Positions 8,116-19,277 of a DNA stretch of 47,635 bases are shown here, piece by piece. Numbering within the stretch: position 1 is the first letter of the stretch; every line of letters starts with the position of its first letter. The notes beneath the pieces were generated by a model. That model did not search any database and was not told where the DNA came from. It saw nothing but the letters and a program-made list of their open reading frames with translations. Origin of the DNA: an uncultured Acetobacteraceae bacterium (GTDB lineage Bacteria > Pseudomonadota > Alphaproteobacteria > Acetobacterales > Acetobacteraceae); contig CAXTPV010000002.1 in assembly GCA_964246135.1 (NCBI GenBank), positions 1 to 47,635 on the forward strand. Reading direction: 5' to 3'. A program made the position numbers and the translations under genes.

Positions 8116-9115
8116 TCACCACCTTGCCGACATGCGAGCCGCCGGCGAGATGCTCGTAGGCCGCGCGCGCGTCGGCGAACGGGAACACGCGATCGATCAC
8201 CGGACGCAGGCCCGTACGCGCGATCGCCCGGTTCATCTCCTCGAACATCTCGGTCGAGCCGACCAGGACGCCTTCGAGCCTGAGTCGACGCCGCAGGATC
8301 ATCAACGGATCGATCGTCTCGCCAGGGCCGCTGAGCAGCCCGATCACCGCGATGCGGCCGCCCGGCGCCGCCGCGCGCATCGATCGCGTGAACGTCCCGG
8401 GTCCGCCCACCTCGATCACCAGATCGGCGCCGGCGCCGTCCGACAGCGACCGTACCTGATCCTGCCACTCCGGGTGCTGGCGGTAGTTGATCGCCGCCTC
8501 GGCGCCGAGTGCCCGCACCCTGGCCAGCTTCTCGTCCGATGACGAGGTCGCGAACACCCGCGCGCCCAGCAGCCGCGCGAACTGGATCGCGAACATCGAG
8601 ACCCCGCCGGTGCCCTGGGTCAGCACGATCTCGCCCGGAACGACACGCCCGAACCGCACCAGCGCGTGCCAGGCGGTCAGCGCCGCGCAGGGCAGCGTCG
8701 CCGCCTCGTCAAACGAGAGGTGGTCCGGGACGCGCACCGCCCCCGCCTCCGAGACCGCGACGAGCTCGGCGAGCATGCCATCGATCGCGCCGCCTCGCGC
8801 CGAGCGCTCGAGCGCCGCGGTGAGCGCGCCGCCCTGCCAGCGATCGAAGAAGCCCGCCGCGACCCGGTCGCCGACCGCGAACCGGCTCACCGCCTCGCCG
8901 ATCGCGACCACCTCGCCAGCGCCGTCCGACAGCGGCACCAGCCCCTCGGCGATGCCGCCGCCATACTGCCCGCGCACCACCATCAGGTCGCGGTAGTTGA
9001 GCGAGCAGGCGCGCACCCGCACCAGGATCTGCCCGCGTCCCGGCTTCGGCTCGGGCGCGTCCGCCAGCGACAGTCCGTCGATGGCGCCGAACCGGTCGAT
9101 GCGATAGGTCTTCAT
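8102..9115 (-). CDS. NAD(P)H-dependent MDR-family (zinc-type alcohol dehydrogenase / quinone oxidoreductase-like) oxidoreductase
   Basis: 337 aa. It has a GroES-like N-terminus (ILVRVRACSLNYRDLMVVRG), a Rossmann motif LTQGTGGVSMFAIQFARLLGARV, and ends GSHVGKVVISVP. Confidence 0.85.
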   Translation of the reverse strand: MKTYRIDRFGAIDGLSLADAPEPKPGRGQILVRVRACSLNYRDLMVVRGQYGGGIAEGLVPLSDGAGEVVAIGEAVSRFAVGDRVAAGFFDRWQGGALTAALERSARGGAIDGMLAELVAVSEAGAVRVPDHLSFDEAATLPCAALTAWHALVRFGRVVPGEIVLTQGTGGVSMFAIQFARLLGARVFATSSSDEKLARVRALGAEAAINYRQHPEWQDQVRSLSDGAGADLVIEVGGPGTFTRSMRAAAPGGRIAVIGLLSGPGETIDPLMILRRRLRLEGVLVGSTEMFEEMNRAIARTGLRPVIDRVFPFADARAAYEHLAGGSHVGKVVISVP

Positions 9116-9184
9116 GACGTTGCTCCGTGGCGATCCTGCGCCAAGCCCGGATCAGGCGGATCGGTTGCCGGAGTTCGCGCATCC

Positions 9185-9577
9185 ATGTCTCGAGGCCGCC
9201 CCCGCCCCAGCCCGGGCAAGCGACAACGTCACCTGCTCGGGGCCGTCCTGCTCGGCGCGACGCTGTCCGCCTGCGCGACCTTGCCACGCGGCGAGCCGAT
9301 CCCGGTCAACACCAGCACGCTGCTCGACGACTATGTGCTGGCGCACGGCTTCGCCGCCGGCCGGGTGCTGTCGGAGAACGTCGACCGCGCGACCATCGCC
9401 GAGATCATCCATCTCGACCATGACGCCCTGCTCGCGATCAGCCTGAGCGTCGCCAACCCGGGATCGGCCGACGCGAAAACGCGGGCGACCGCGGCGCTCG
9501 CGCGCCTGACCGGCTTCGTCTCGGAGCAGGGTGAAGGCGGCACGGTGGGACCGGGGCAAAGGCAGGGGGCACGGTGA
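9185..9577 (+). CDS. Hypothetical lipoprotein
   Basis: MSRGRPRPSPGKRQRHLLGAVLLGATLSACATLP carries a lipobox (LSAC). I recognise no family. It occupies the C-terminal part of ORF 8666..9577. Confidence 0.5.
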   Translation: MSRGRPRPSPGKRQRHLLGAVLLGATLSACATLPRGEPIPVNTSTLLDDYVLAHGFAAGRVLSENVDRATIAEIIHLDHDALLAISLSVANPGSADAKTRATAALARLTGFVSEQGEGGTVGPGQRQGAR

Positions 9578-9605
9578 GGCGCGGGCACGATCGCGCGCCG
9601 ATCAC

Positions 9606-10517
9606 TCAGGCCGCCCAGCCACCATCGGGTCCGGACCGCAGCGCCTCGATCAGCGCGGTGAGCGCCGGCGGCGTCTGCCGGCGGCTGGTGTAATAGAGAT
9701 AGTAGCCAGGCGCGGTCCAGGACCAGTCCGCCAGCACCCGCACCAGCCGTCCGGCCTCGACGTGACCCGCGGCTTGGTCTTCCAGGAGCTGTGCCACGCC
9801 CTGTCCGGCCAACGCCGCTTCCAGGATCAGCTCGCCGTCGTTGACGATGAGCGAGCCGTCGACCTTGACCTGCAGTGACCGTCCGGCGTGCTCGAACTCC
9901 CAAGGGTAGAGGCTGCCGGCGGTGGCCAGCCGATAATTGATACAGCGGTGGCGAGCAAGGTCGTGCGGTGTCACCGGGATCGGATGCGTCGCGAAATACG
10001 CGGGCGAGGCGACGACCGCTGATCGTATCGCCGGGCCGACCCGCACCGCGATCATGTCGCGCGCCACCTTCTCGCCAAACCGCAGCCCCGCATCGTAGCG
10101 ACCCTCGACGATGTCGGTCAGGCCGTCATCGACGGTGATCTCCATCCTGATGTCCGGATAGGCCGCCATGAACGCGGGAAGCACTGGCAACAACACCGAG
10201 AACGCCCCATGCCGCGGCGCGGTGATGCGCAACTTACCCGCCGGACTGTCGCGCAACGTCGCCAACACGGCAAGCGAGGTGCCGATCTCGGCCAGCGCCG
10301 GTCGCAGGCTGCGCAGCAACCGGTCGCCGGCCTCGGTCACGGCGACGCTCCTGGTGGTGCGCGCCAGCAGCCGCACCCCGACCCGGCTCTCCAGCGCCTT
10401 GATCGCGTGGCTCAGCGCGGAGGCCGACATCCCGAGCTTGGCGGCGGCACGGGTGAAGCTCGCCTCGTCGGCGATCGTCACGAAGGCCGCCAACTCGTTC
10501 AGCTCGTTCCGTCTCAT
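9606..10517 (-). CDS. LysR-family transcriptional regulator
   Basis: MRRNELNELAAFVTIADEASFTRAAAKLGMSASALSHAIKALESRVGVRLLARTTRSV is a LysR HTH, followed by a substrate-binding domain. It is divergent from the aldo/keto reductase. The start was taken from ORF-track indexing (residue 94 of 9606..10796). Confidence 0.9.
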   Translation of the reverse strand: MRRNELNELAAFVTIADEASFTRAAAKLGMSASALSHAIKALESRVGVRLLARTTRSVAVTEAGDRLLRSLRPALAEIGTSLAVLATLRDSPAGKLRITAPRHGAFSVLLPVLPAFMAAYPDIRMEITVDDGLTDIVEGRYDAGLRFGEKVARDMIAVRVGPAIRSAVVASPAYFATHPIPVTPHDLARHRCINYRLATAGSLYPWEFEHAGRSLQVKVDGSLIVNDGELILEAALAGQGVAQLLEDQAAGHVEAGRLVRVLADWSWTAPGYYLYYTSRRQTPPALTALIEALRSGPDGGWAA

Positions 10518-10617
10518 TGCTGCATGTGTTTCACAGATCCATGCCGGCGCAACCCGGTAATCATCACGCCATCGCGGGGCCAGATCCTGACCGGCGATCG
10601 TGAAGGACATGGCATCG

Positions 10618-11643
10618 ATGCGTTTCAAGCAACTGGGCCGGACCGGCCTGCTCGTATCCGAGCTCTGTCTCGGCACCATGACGTTCGGCGGCGGCGGCGT
10701 CTGGAGCGTGATGGGCGATGTCGGGCAATCCGATGCGGATAGGCTGGTCGGCCGCGCGCTCGAAGCGGGGATCAACTTCATCGATACCGCCGACATCTAC
10801 GCGGGCGGGCAATCGGAGGTCATCACCGGGACCGCGCTCAAGAACCTTGGCGTGTCGCGCCACGGCGTCGTGCTCGCGACCAAGGCCTACGGCGCCACCG
10901 GGCCCGGTCCCAACGAGCGCGGCGCGTCACGCGGCCACATCATCGACGCCGTCCATGCCAGCCTGCGGCGGCTCGGCACCGATTACATCGACCTTTACCA
11001 GATGCACGGGTTCGATCCTGTCACCCCGGTCGAGGAGACAATGCGGGCGCTCGACGATCTCGTGGGTCAGGGCCTGGTGCGCTATGTCGGCTGCTGCAAC
11101 GCCCGTGCGTGGCAGATGATGAAGGCGATCGGCGTTGCCGACGGTCGTGGCTGGGCGCGGTTCGAGAGCCTGCAGGCCTACTACACGCTGGCCGCTCGCG
11201 ACCTCGAGCGCGAGGTGATCTCGCTGGTCAATGACCAGAAGCTCGGCCTGCTGGTGTGGAGCCCGCTGGCGGGCGGCCTGCTGTCCGGCAAGTTCGGTCC
11301 TGACCGCGCCGCCTCCGCCGGCGCGAGACGCGCGAGCCTGCCGTTTCCGCCGGTCGACGACGCACGCCTGGAAGCCTGCGTCGAGGCCATGCGGCCGATC
11401 GCCGCCGCCCACGAGGTGTCGGTGGCACAGGTCGCGATCGCCTGGCTGCTGCAGCAACCACACGTCACCTCCGTCATCATCGGCGCCAGACGCATCGAGC
11501 AGCTCCACGACAACATCGCCGCGACCACGCTGACGCTGACCGGGGCCGAGATGGAGACGCTGGGCGCGGTCAGTGCCCTGCCGCCGGAATATCCGGGCTG
11601 GATGTTCCCGGCCTTCGTGGATCAGCAGCGTTTCCCCGATTAG
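10618..11643 (+). CDS. Aldo/keto reductase
   Basis: MRFKQLGRTGLLVSELCLGTMTFGG...GINFIDTADIYAGGQSE...YIDLYQMHGFD is a typical AKR. A GTG at 10600 and an ATG at 10609 are alternative starts. GAAGGA lies about 10 nt before 10618. Confidence 0.9.
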   Translation: MRFKQLGRTGLLVSELCLGTMTFGGGGVWSVMGDVGQSDADRLVGRALEAGINFIDTADIYAGGQSEVITGTALKNLGVSRHGVVLATKAYGATGPGPNERGASRGHIIDAVHASLRRLGTDYIDLYQMHGFDPVTPVEETMRALDDLVGQGLVRYVGCCNARAWQMMKAIGVADGRGWARFESLQAYYTLAARDLEREVISLVNDQKLGLLVWSPLAGGLLSGKFGPDRAASAGARRASLPFPPVDDARLEACVEAMRPIAAAHEVSVAQVAIAWLLQQPHVTSVIIGARRIEQLHDNIAATTLTLTGAEMETLGAVSALPPEYPGWMFPAFVDQQRFPD

Positions 11644-11710
11644 TCGCGGGCCTTAACTCCGCGGGAATTGTTCCGGTTGAGAATGGGATCAGCCACCAGA
11701 GCTGGTCGAG

Positions 11711-12766
11711 ATGCCAAGTGACGTCGTCACCCGACTGTCCGAACCGAGCGCCGATCTGCCGGCGCATGCGCTTGCCGTGATGGTGCTGACGGAGATGCGT
11801 CGGCACGGCATTCTTCCGAGCCCACCCAATTACGAGCTCTGGTTCACCTTCCGCACCGGAACCAACCCGTCGCTCACCGAGCGCATGCGGCAGGTGATGA
11901 TGGAGCGGGTGCCGGTCACGCCCGCGTTGCTGGCGGCGTTGCACGCCGAGTTCATCGCGAGCCAGGCGGCGGATCCGGTGGCGGCCGCGAGCGCGCTGCG
12001 TGACCTCACCGACAACGTGTCTGACGAGCTCGCGCGCGGGCAGGCCTCGGCCCGGGTCTATGGCGACGCCCTGGCCGCGATGACGCGGCAGCTCGGCGAG
12101 GACCCGACGGTCGGCAGCCTGATCGACGCCATCGCCACCATCACCGCCGAGACCAGCCGTGCCGGTGAGCGCAACCGGCTGCTGGAACGCCAGCTCGCCG
12201 CGTCCACGACCCGGATCGACAAGCTCAGGAAGTCCCTGTCCGAGGTGCGCGAGGAGGCGACCACCGACGTTCTGACCGGCATCCTCAACCGGCGCGCCTT
12301 TGAGGCGAGGCTGCGCCGGCTGAACGCGGCCCTTCGTCTCGATCCGGGCGCGGTGTTTTCCGTGCTCCTTCTCGACGTCGATCACTTCAAGGCGTTCAAC
12401 GACACTCATGGCCATGCCGCCGGCGATTTCGTCCTACGCCTGATCGCGCGCCTGCTGACAGAGAACGTGAAGGGCCGGGACGTCGTCGCACGCTACGGCG
12501 GCGAGGAGTTCGCCGTGCTGCTGGTCGGGACACCCCTGATGGCGGCATCGGTGGTGGCGCGGCAGATCGCCGAGGCGCTTGGCGGCAAGCGCCTGGTCAG
12601 CAAGGCATCGAGGCAGGGCCTGGGCGCGGTCACCGTCTCGGCCGGCGTGGCCGAGGCCCGTCGTGGCGACAGCCCGGCCGCGTTGATGGAGCGTGCCGAC
12701 GCCGCGCTGTATCAGGCAAAGCAGGGCGGCCGTAATCAGGTGCGTGTCGACGACATGTCACTGTAG
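11711..12766 (+). CDS. Diguanylate cyclase (GGDEF domain, GGEEF active site) with a helical N-terminal sensor region
   Basis: TDVLTGILNRRAFEARL...LLLDVDHFKAFNDTHGHAAGDFVL...RYGGEEFAVLL...ADAALYQAKQGGRNQV. Confidence 0.85.
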   Translation: MPSDVVTRLSEPSADLPAHALAVMVLTEMRRHGILPSPPNYELWFTFRTGTNPSLTERMRQVMMERVPVTPALLAALHAEFIASQAADPVAAASALRDLTDNVSDELARGQASARVYGDALAAMTRQLGEDPTVGSLIDAIATITAETSRAGERNRLLERQLAASTTRIDKLRKSLSEVREEATTDVLTGILNRRAFEARLRRLNAALRLDPGAVFSVLLLDVDHFKAFNDTHGHAAGDFVLRLIARLLTENVKGRDVVARYGGEEFAVLLVGTPLMAASVVARQIAEALGGKRLVSKASRQGLGAVTVSAGVAEARRGDSPAALMERADAALYQAKQGGRNQVRVDDMSL

Positions 12767-12829
12767 TGTGCCAATGGCCTCAAGGCCGCAGTCCCACTGA
12801 TCCGAAAGCTGGAAGGTACGCGACACCCC

Positions 12830-12994
12830 GTGATCGAAGCCCTGGTCGAAGGCGTCGGCATCATCGTCGGCTTGGCGCTGCTCTATTACTATCAGGTGCG
12901 GCGGCCCGCGCAGGAAGCCGCCCGCGCGGCTGCTGAGACGAATCAAGAATCACCGCCTACGGAGCTGGACCGTGACGCCTCGCGGCCCGACTGA
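12830..12994 (+). CDS. Possible small single-pass membrane protein (54 aa, GTG start)
   Basis: Below the ORF-track size cut-off. It reads (V)IEALVEGVGIIVGLALLYYYQVRRPAQEAARAAAETNQESPPTELDRDASRPD, with one hydrophobic helix and GC-rich third positions. It is in the same frame as the upstream GGDEF gene, 21 codons after its TAG. The RBS is weak. Confidence 0.25.
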   Translation: MIEALVEGVGIIVGLALLYYYQVRRPAQEAARAAAETNQESPPTELDRDASRPD

Positions 12995-13023
12995 GCGGTG
13001 AACCTCACGGTCGCAATGTGCCG

Positions 13024-13989
13024 CTACGGTCGCGCCCGCACCGATGAGCCGCTAGCGGCGTCCCGCCGCAGCCGCTTGGCGCCAAGCAGCAGCAGGATCG
13101 GCGCGGCGATGAAGATCGAGGACGAGGTGCCGACCACGATCCCGAACAGCATCACCGTCGCGAACCCCGACAAAGTGCCGCCGCCAAACAGTGCCAGCGG
13201 CATCGCGGCCAGGAACACCGTCATCGACGTGCCGAGCGTTCGGTTCAGCGTCTCGTTGATCGACAGGTCGATCAACTCCCGCAGTGGCATCGTCCGGTAT
13301 TTGCGGAGGTTCTCCCTGACCCGGTCGTACACGACGACCTTGTCATTGGTGGAGTAGCCGAGGATGGTCAGGATCGCGGCCACCATCACCAGGTCGAACT
13401 CGAACCGGGTCACCGCGAGAAACCCGATCGTCTTGGTGATGTCGAGCAACAGCGTAATGACCGCGCTGATCGCGAACTCCCACTCGAAGCGGAACCAGAT
13501 ATAGGCCAGGATCATCAGCAGGCTGAGCCCGAGCGCCAGCAATCCGTTGCGGAACAGCTCGCTCGAGACCGAGGCGCCCACCGCGTCGGCGCGCAGCACC
13601 TTGGTGCCGGGTGCGGCTTCGGCCAACGCGTGCCTTACCTGATCGACCGCGCCCTGCGTCGCCGCTTCGCTGGCCTGCTGGCGCAGTCTGATCAGCACGT
13701 CGTCGGCGGCGCCAAATCGCTGCAGGCCAGCCGCGTGGATGCCGTGCGCGGCCAGGCTAGCGCGCAGACGCCCGAAATCGGCCGGACCCGGAGTGTGCGC
13801 CTCGACCACGATGCCGCCGGAGAAGTCGATCCCGAGCCGCAGCCCGGGCGCGAAGAACAGCACGATCGAGGCGAGCGACAGCGCCGCCGACACCGCGAGC
13901 CCGGCATAGCGGCCGCGCATGAAGCGGATTTTGGTGCCGTCGCGGACGAAGCGGAACATCGGCTGGGTGAACGGCGAGGAGGACGACAT
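13024..13989 (-). CDS. secF: Protein translocase subunit SecF
   Basis: FMRGRYAGLAVSAALSLASIVLFFAPGLRLGIDFSGGIVVE...GYSTNDKVVVYDRVRENLR...LNRTLGTS. It follows secD after a 9-nt gap. Confidence 0.95.
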   Translation of the reverse strand: MSSSSPFTQPMFRFVRDGTKIRFMRGRYAGLAVSAALSLASIVLFFAPGLRLGIDFSGGIVVEAHTPGPADFGRLRASLAAHGIHAAGLQRFGAADDVLIRLRQQASEAATQGAVDQVRHALAEAAPGTKVLRADAVGASVSSELFRNGLLALGLSLLMILAYIWFRFEWEFAISAVITLLLDITKTIGFLAVTRFEFDLVMVAAILTILGYSTNDKVVVYDRVRENLRKYRTMPLRELIDLSINETLNRTLGTSMTVFLAAMPLALFGGGTLSGFATVMLFGIVVGTSSSIFIAAPILLLLGAKRLRRDAASGSSVRARP

Positions 13990-13998
13990 CGCAGCCGC

Positions 13999-15558
13999 TC
14001 AGACCGGCAGCAGGGCAGGACGGCGGCGGGTGAACCAGCGCACCATCAGCAGGCGCGTCACCAGGAGTGCCGTGAACATCGTGCTCGCGATGCCGACCGT
14101 GATCGTCAGCGCGAAGCCGCGCACCGGCCCGTTGCCGAACACGAACAGCATCACATGCGCGAGGAACGCGGTGGCATTGCTGTCGACGATGGTGCCGTAG
14201 GCACGTTCGAACCCCGCCTGCATCGAGGCGAGCGGCGTCCGGCCGCGGCGGACCTCTTCGCGTATGCGCTCGTTGATCAGGATGTTGGCGTCGACCGCCA
14301 TGCCGAGCGTCAGCAGGATGCCGGCCATGCCGGGCAGCGTCAACGTCGCCTGGAACAACGACAGGATCGCGCACATCAGCACCAGGTTGGCGACCAGCGC
14401 CACGTTCGCGTACCAGCCGAACAGCCCGTAGAAACTGCCCATGAAGCCGATCACCAGCAGGAACCCGACGCCGAGGCTGAGCGCGCCGGCGCGTACGCTG
14501 TCGGCGCCGAGCTCGGGGCCGATCGTCCGCTGCTCCAGCACCGCGAGCGGCGCCGGCAGCGCACCCGCCCGCAGCAGCAATGCCAGCGTGGTCGCCGATT
14601 GCGCGTTGAAGTGGCCGGTGATCTGGCCCTGGCCGCCCGGAATGATCCCCTGGATCACCGGCGCCGAGATCACCTTGCGGTCGAGCACGATCGCGAAGCG
14701 ATGCCCGAGATTGTCCCGCGTGACCGCCGCGAAGCGCCGCGCGCCGGCGGCATCGAACGTGAAGTTCACCGCCCACTGACCGGTCTGTTGGTCGATCGCC
14801 GCCTGCGCGTTGGTGAGGTCGGCGCCGTCCACCTCGACATGTCGCAGTACCGCGATCGACTGGCCCGGCGTGTCCTCCGATGGCAGCCACTCGTCGCCTG
14901 GCGGTGCCGGCTCTCCGGGCACCGCCGCCTCGTCCACCAGCTGGAACGTCATCTTCGCGGTGGTGCCAAGCAGCGCCCGAACCTGCTCCGGATCGGACAC
15001 ACCTGGCAGCTGCACCACGATGCGGTCGTCACCCTGTCGCGCGATCGATGGATCGACCACGCCGGTCGCGTCGATCCGCCGCCGCACGATCTCGATTGAT
15101 TGCTGCACCGCCTGGCTCGCACGCCGCCGCATCGCGGCCGGCTGCAGAGTGACCGCAATGGTGCCGTCGGGCCGCGCCGACGCGCTGAATTCGCCGGGCA
15201 GGTCACGCGGCATGCGGGCGAGTGCGGCGAGATCCGGCTGCCGCTCTGAGCCCGACCTTGGCGTGAACACGACGGCGCCACCGGCAGGATCCGGGCCGAG
15301 ATCGCGGTAGCCAAGCTCTGACGCCAGCAAGGTATGCCGGACGCCGTCCGCAAGGGTGTCGAGGCGTCCCCGCGTGACCGCCGGCAGGTCGACCTGCATC
15401 AGCAGATACGACCCGCCGCGCAGGTCAAGCCCGAGATGGATCTGCCGCCACGGCATCGCGGCGAACGGCCGCGCCAGGATGTTGGGCAGGCACAGCAGCA
15501 CGCCGAGCAGGCAGACCCCGAGGATGAGGGCCGTCCGCAGCCGGCTGAAATACATCAT
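13999..15558 (-). CDS. secD: Protein translocase subunit SecD
   Basis: 519 aa: IHLGLDLRGGSYLLMQVD...LGPELGADSVRAG...TLPGMAGILLTLGMAVDANILINERIREE. Confidence 0.95.
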   Translation of the reverse strand: MMYFSRLRTALILGVCLLGVLLCLPNILARPFAAMPWRQIHLGLDLRGGSYLLMQVDLPAVTRGRLDTLADGVRHTLLASELGYRDLGPDPAGGAVVFTPRSGSERQPDLAALARMPRDLPGEFSASARPDGTIAVTLQPAAMRRRASQAVQQSIEIVRRRIDATGVVDPSIARQGDDRIVVQLPGVSDPEQVRALLGTTAKMTFQLVDEAAVPGEPAPPGDEWLPSEDTPGQSIAVLRHVEVDGADLTNAQAAIDQQTGQWAVNFTFDAAGARRFAAVTRDNLGHRFAIVLDRKVISAPVIQGIIPGGQGQITGHFNAQSATTLALLLRAGALPAPLAVLEQRTIGPELGADSVRAGALSLGVGFLLVIGFMGSFYGLFGWYANVALVANLVLMCAILSLFQATLTLPGMAGILLTLGMAVDANILINERIREEVRRGRTPLASMQAGFERAYGTIVDSNATAFLAHVMLFVFGNGPVRGFALTITVGIASTMFTALLVTRLLMVRWFTRRRPALLPV

Positions 15559-15693
15559 CGAGAGCCCGCCCCCTCAATCCCGGCACGATCGATCGCACGG
15601 CGGCCGGAACATGCCGACGCCACCCACTCGACGCAACCGCGAGCGGCGCGATCACGTCGAGGGGTGCGTTGCCGTCGCGCCCGGAGAAGAGCG

Positions 15694-15948
15694 CTACTGC
15701 TGCGGCGCTGTGCCTGACCGGGACTGCTGCCGGGCCAGCTCCCGCTGTTGCTTCCGGTATTCATGGCGCTTGTAGGCGCCGGCGGCGCAACCGCCCGCCG
15801 CTCCCAGCACCCCATGATGGGCTAGGTGACCACCCACGGCGCCAACCGCGCCATATTTCAGGCATCCTCCCGGCTCGGCCATCGCCGAACCCGCGCCCAT
15901 CGACCCAGCCAGCAAAGTCAGCACCGCAAGTCTCGTCCGAAGTCGCAT
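15694..15948 (-). CDS. Small secreted Gly/Ala-rich (glycine-zipper-like) protein
   Basis: MRLRTRLAVLTLLAGSMGAGSAMA is a signal peptide. It is followed by EPGGCLKYGAVGAVGGHLAHHGVLGAAGGCAAGAYKRHEYRKQQRELARQQ. GGGGAG lies 8 nt before the ATG at 15948 (residue 18 of ORF 15694..15999). Confidence 0.45.
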   Translation of the reverse strand: MRLRTRLAVLTLLAGSMGAGSAMAEPGGCLKYGAVGAVGGHLAHHGVLGAAGGCAAGAYKRHEYRKQQRELARQQSRSGTAPQQ

Positions 15949-16092
15949 CTGAAACACTCCCCTACCGTCTGATACATACCACGCCCAGGGACATGGCACA
16001 CGCCGGCGAAGGCGGATCTCGGGCAGCTCCGTGGCGAGACGAGGGCGGCATGCGGTGCTAACCAGAATCCTCGCGCCCCGGGGGATGCCTTG

Positions 16093-19125
<3,033 letters not shown>

Positions 19126-19277
19126 CACCATCCGCGCGAAGCAGGTGGCGTGTCAATCGCCACCCACTCGGTGTCAGGCATCCGGCGTAGGCACTTCCTT
19201 CACATTCTGCGTGTACTTCCACAGGCGTCGCCGCGCGGGCGACCTCCGACCACGTGCGCAGTGATGGGATCAACTGC

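Noticed and set aside
10491-10561. Apparent one-base register difference between my hand reading of the printed sequence and the ORF-track translations around the LysR start
   Set aside because: Three independent track ORFs (9606..10796, 10168..10560, 10209..10742) agree with each other. I therefore attribute the discrepancy to my reading error, not a frameshift or pseudogene. The LysR start was taken from track indexing.
13630-15099. 489-aa + strand ORF and 377-aa minus-strand ORF (13757..14890) across secD/secF
   Set aside because: These are shadow frames of secD and secF. They are Arg/His/Gln-rich and lack hydrophobic structure. The secD and secF frames carry unmistakable signatures.
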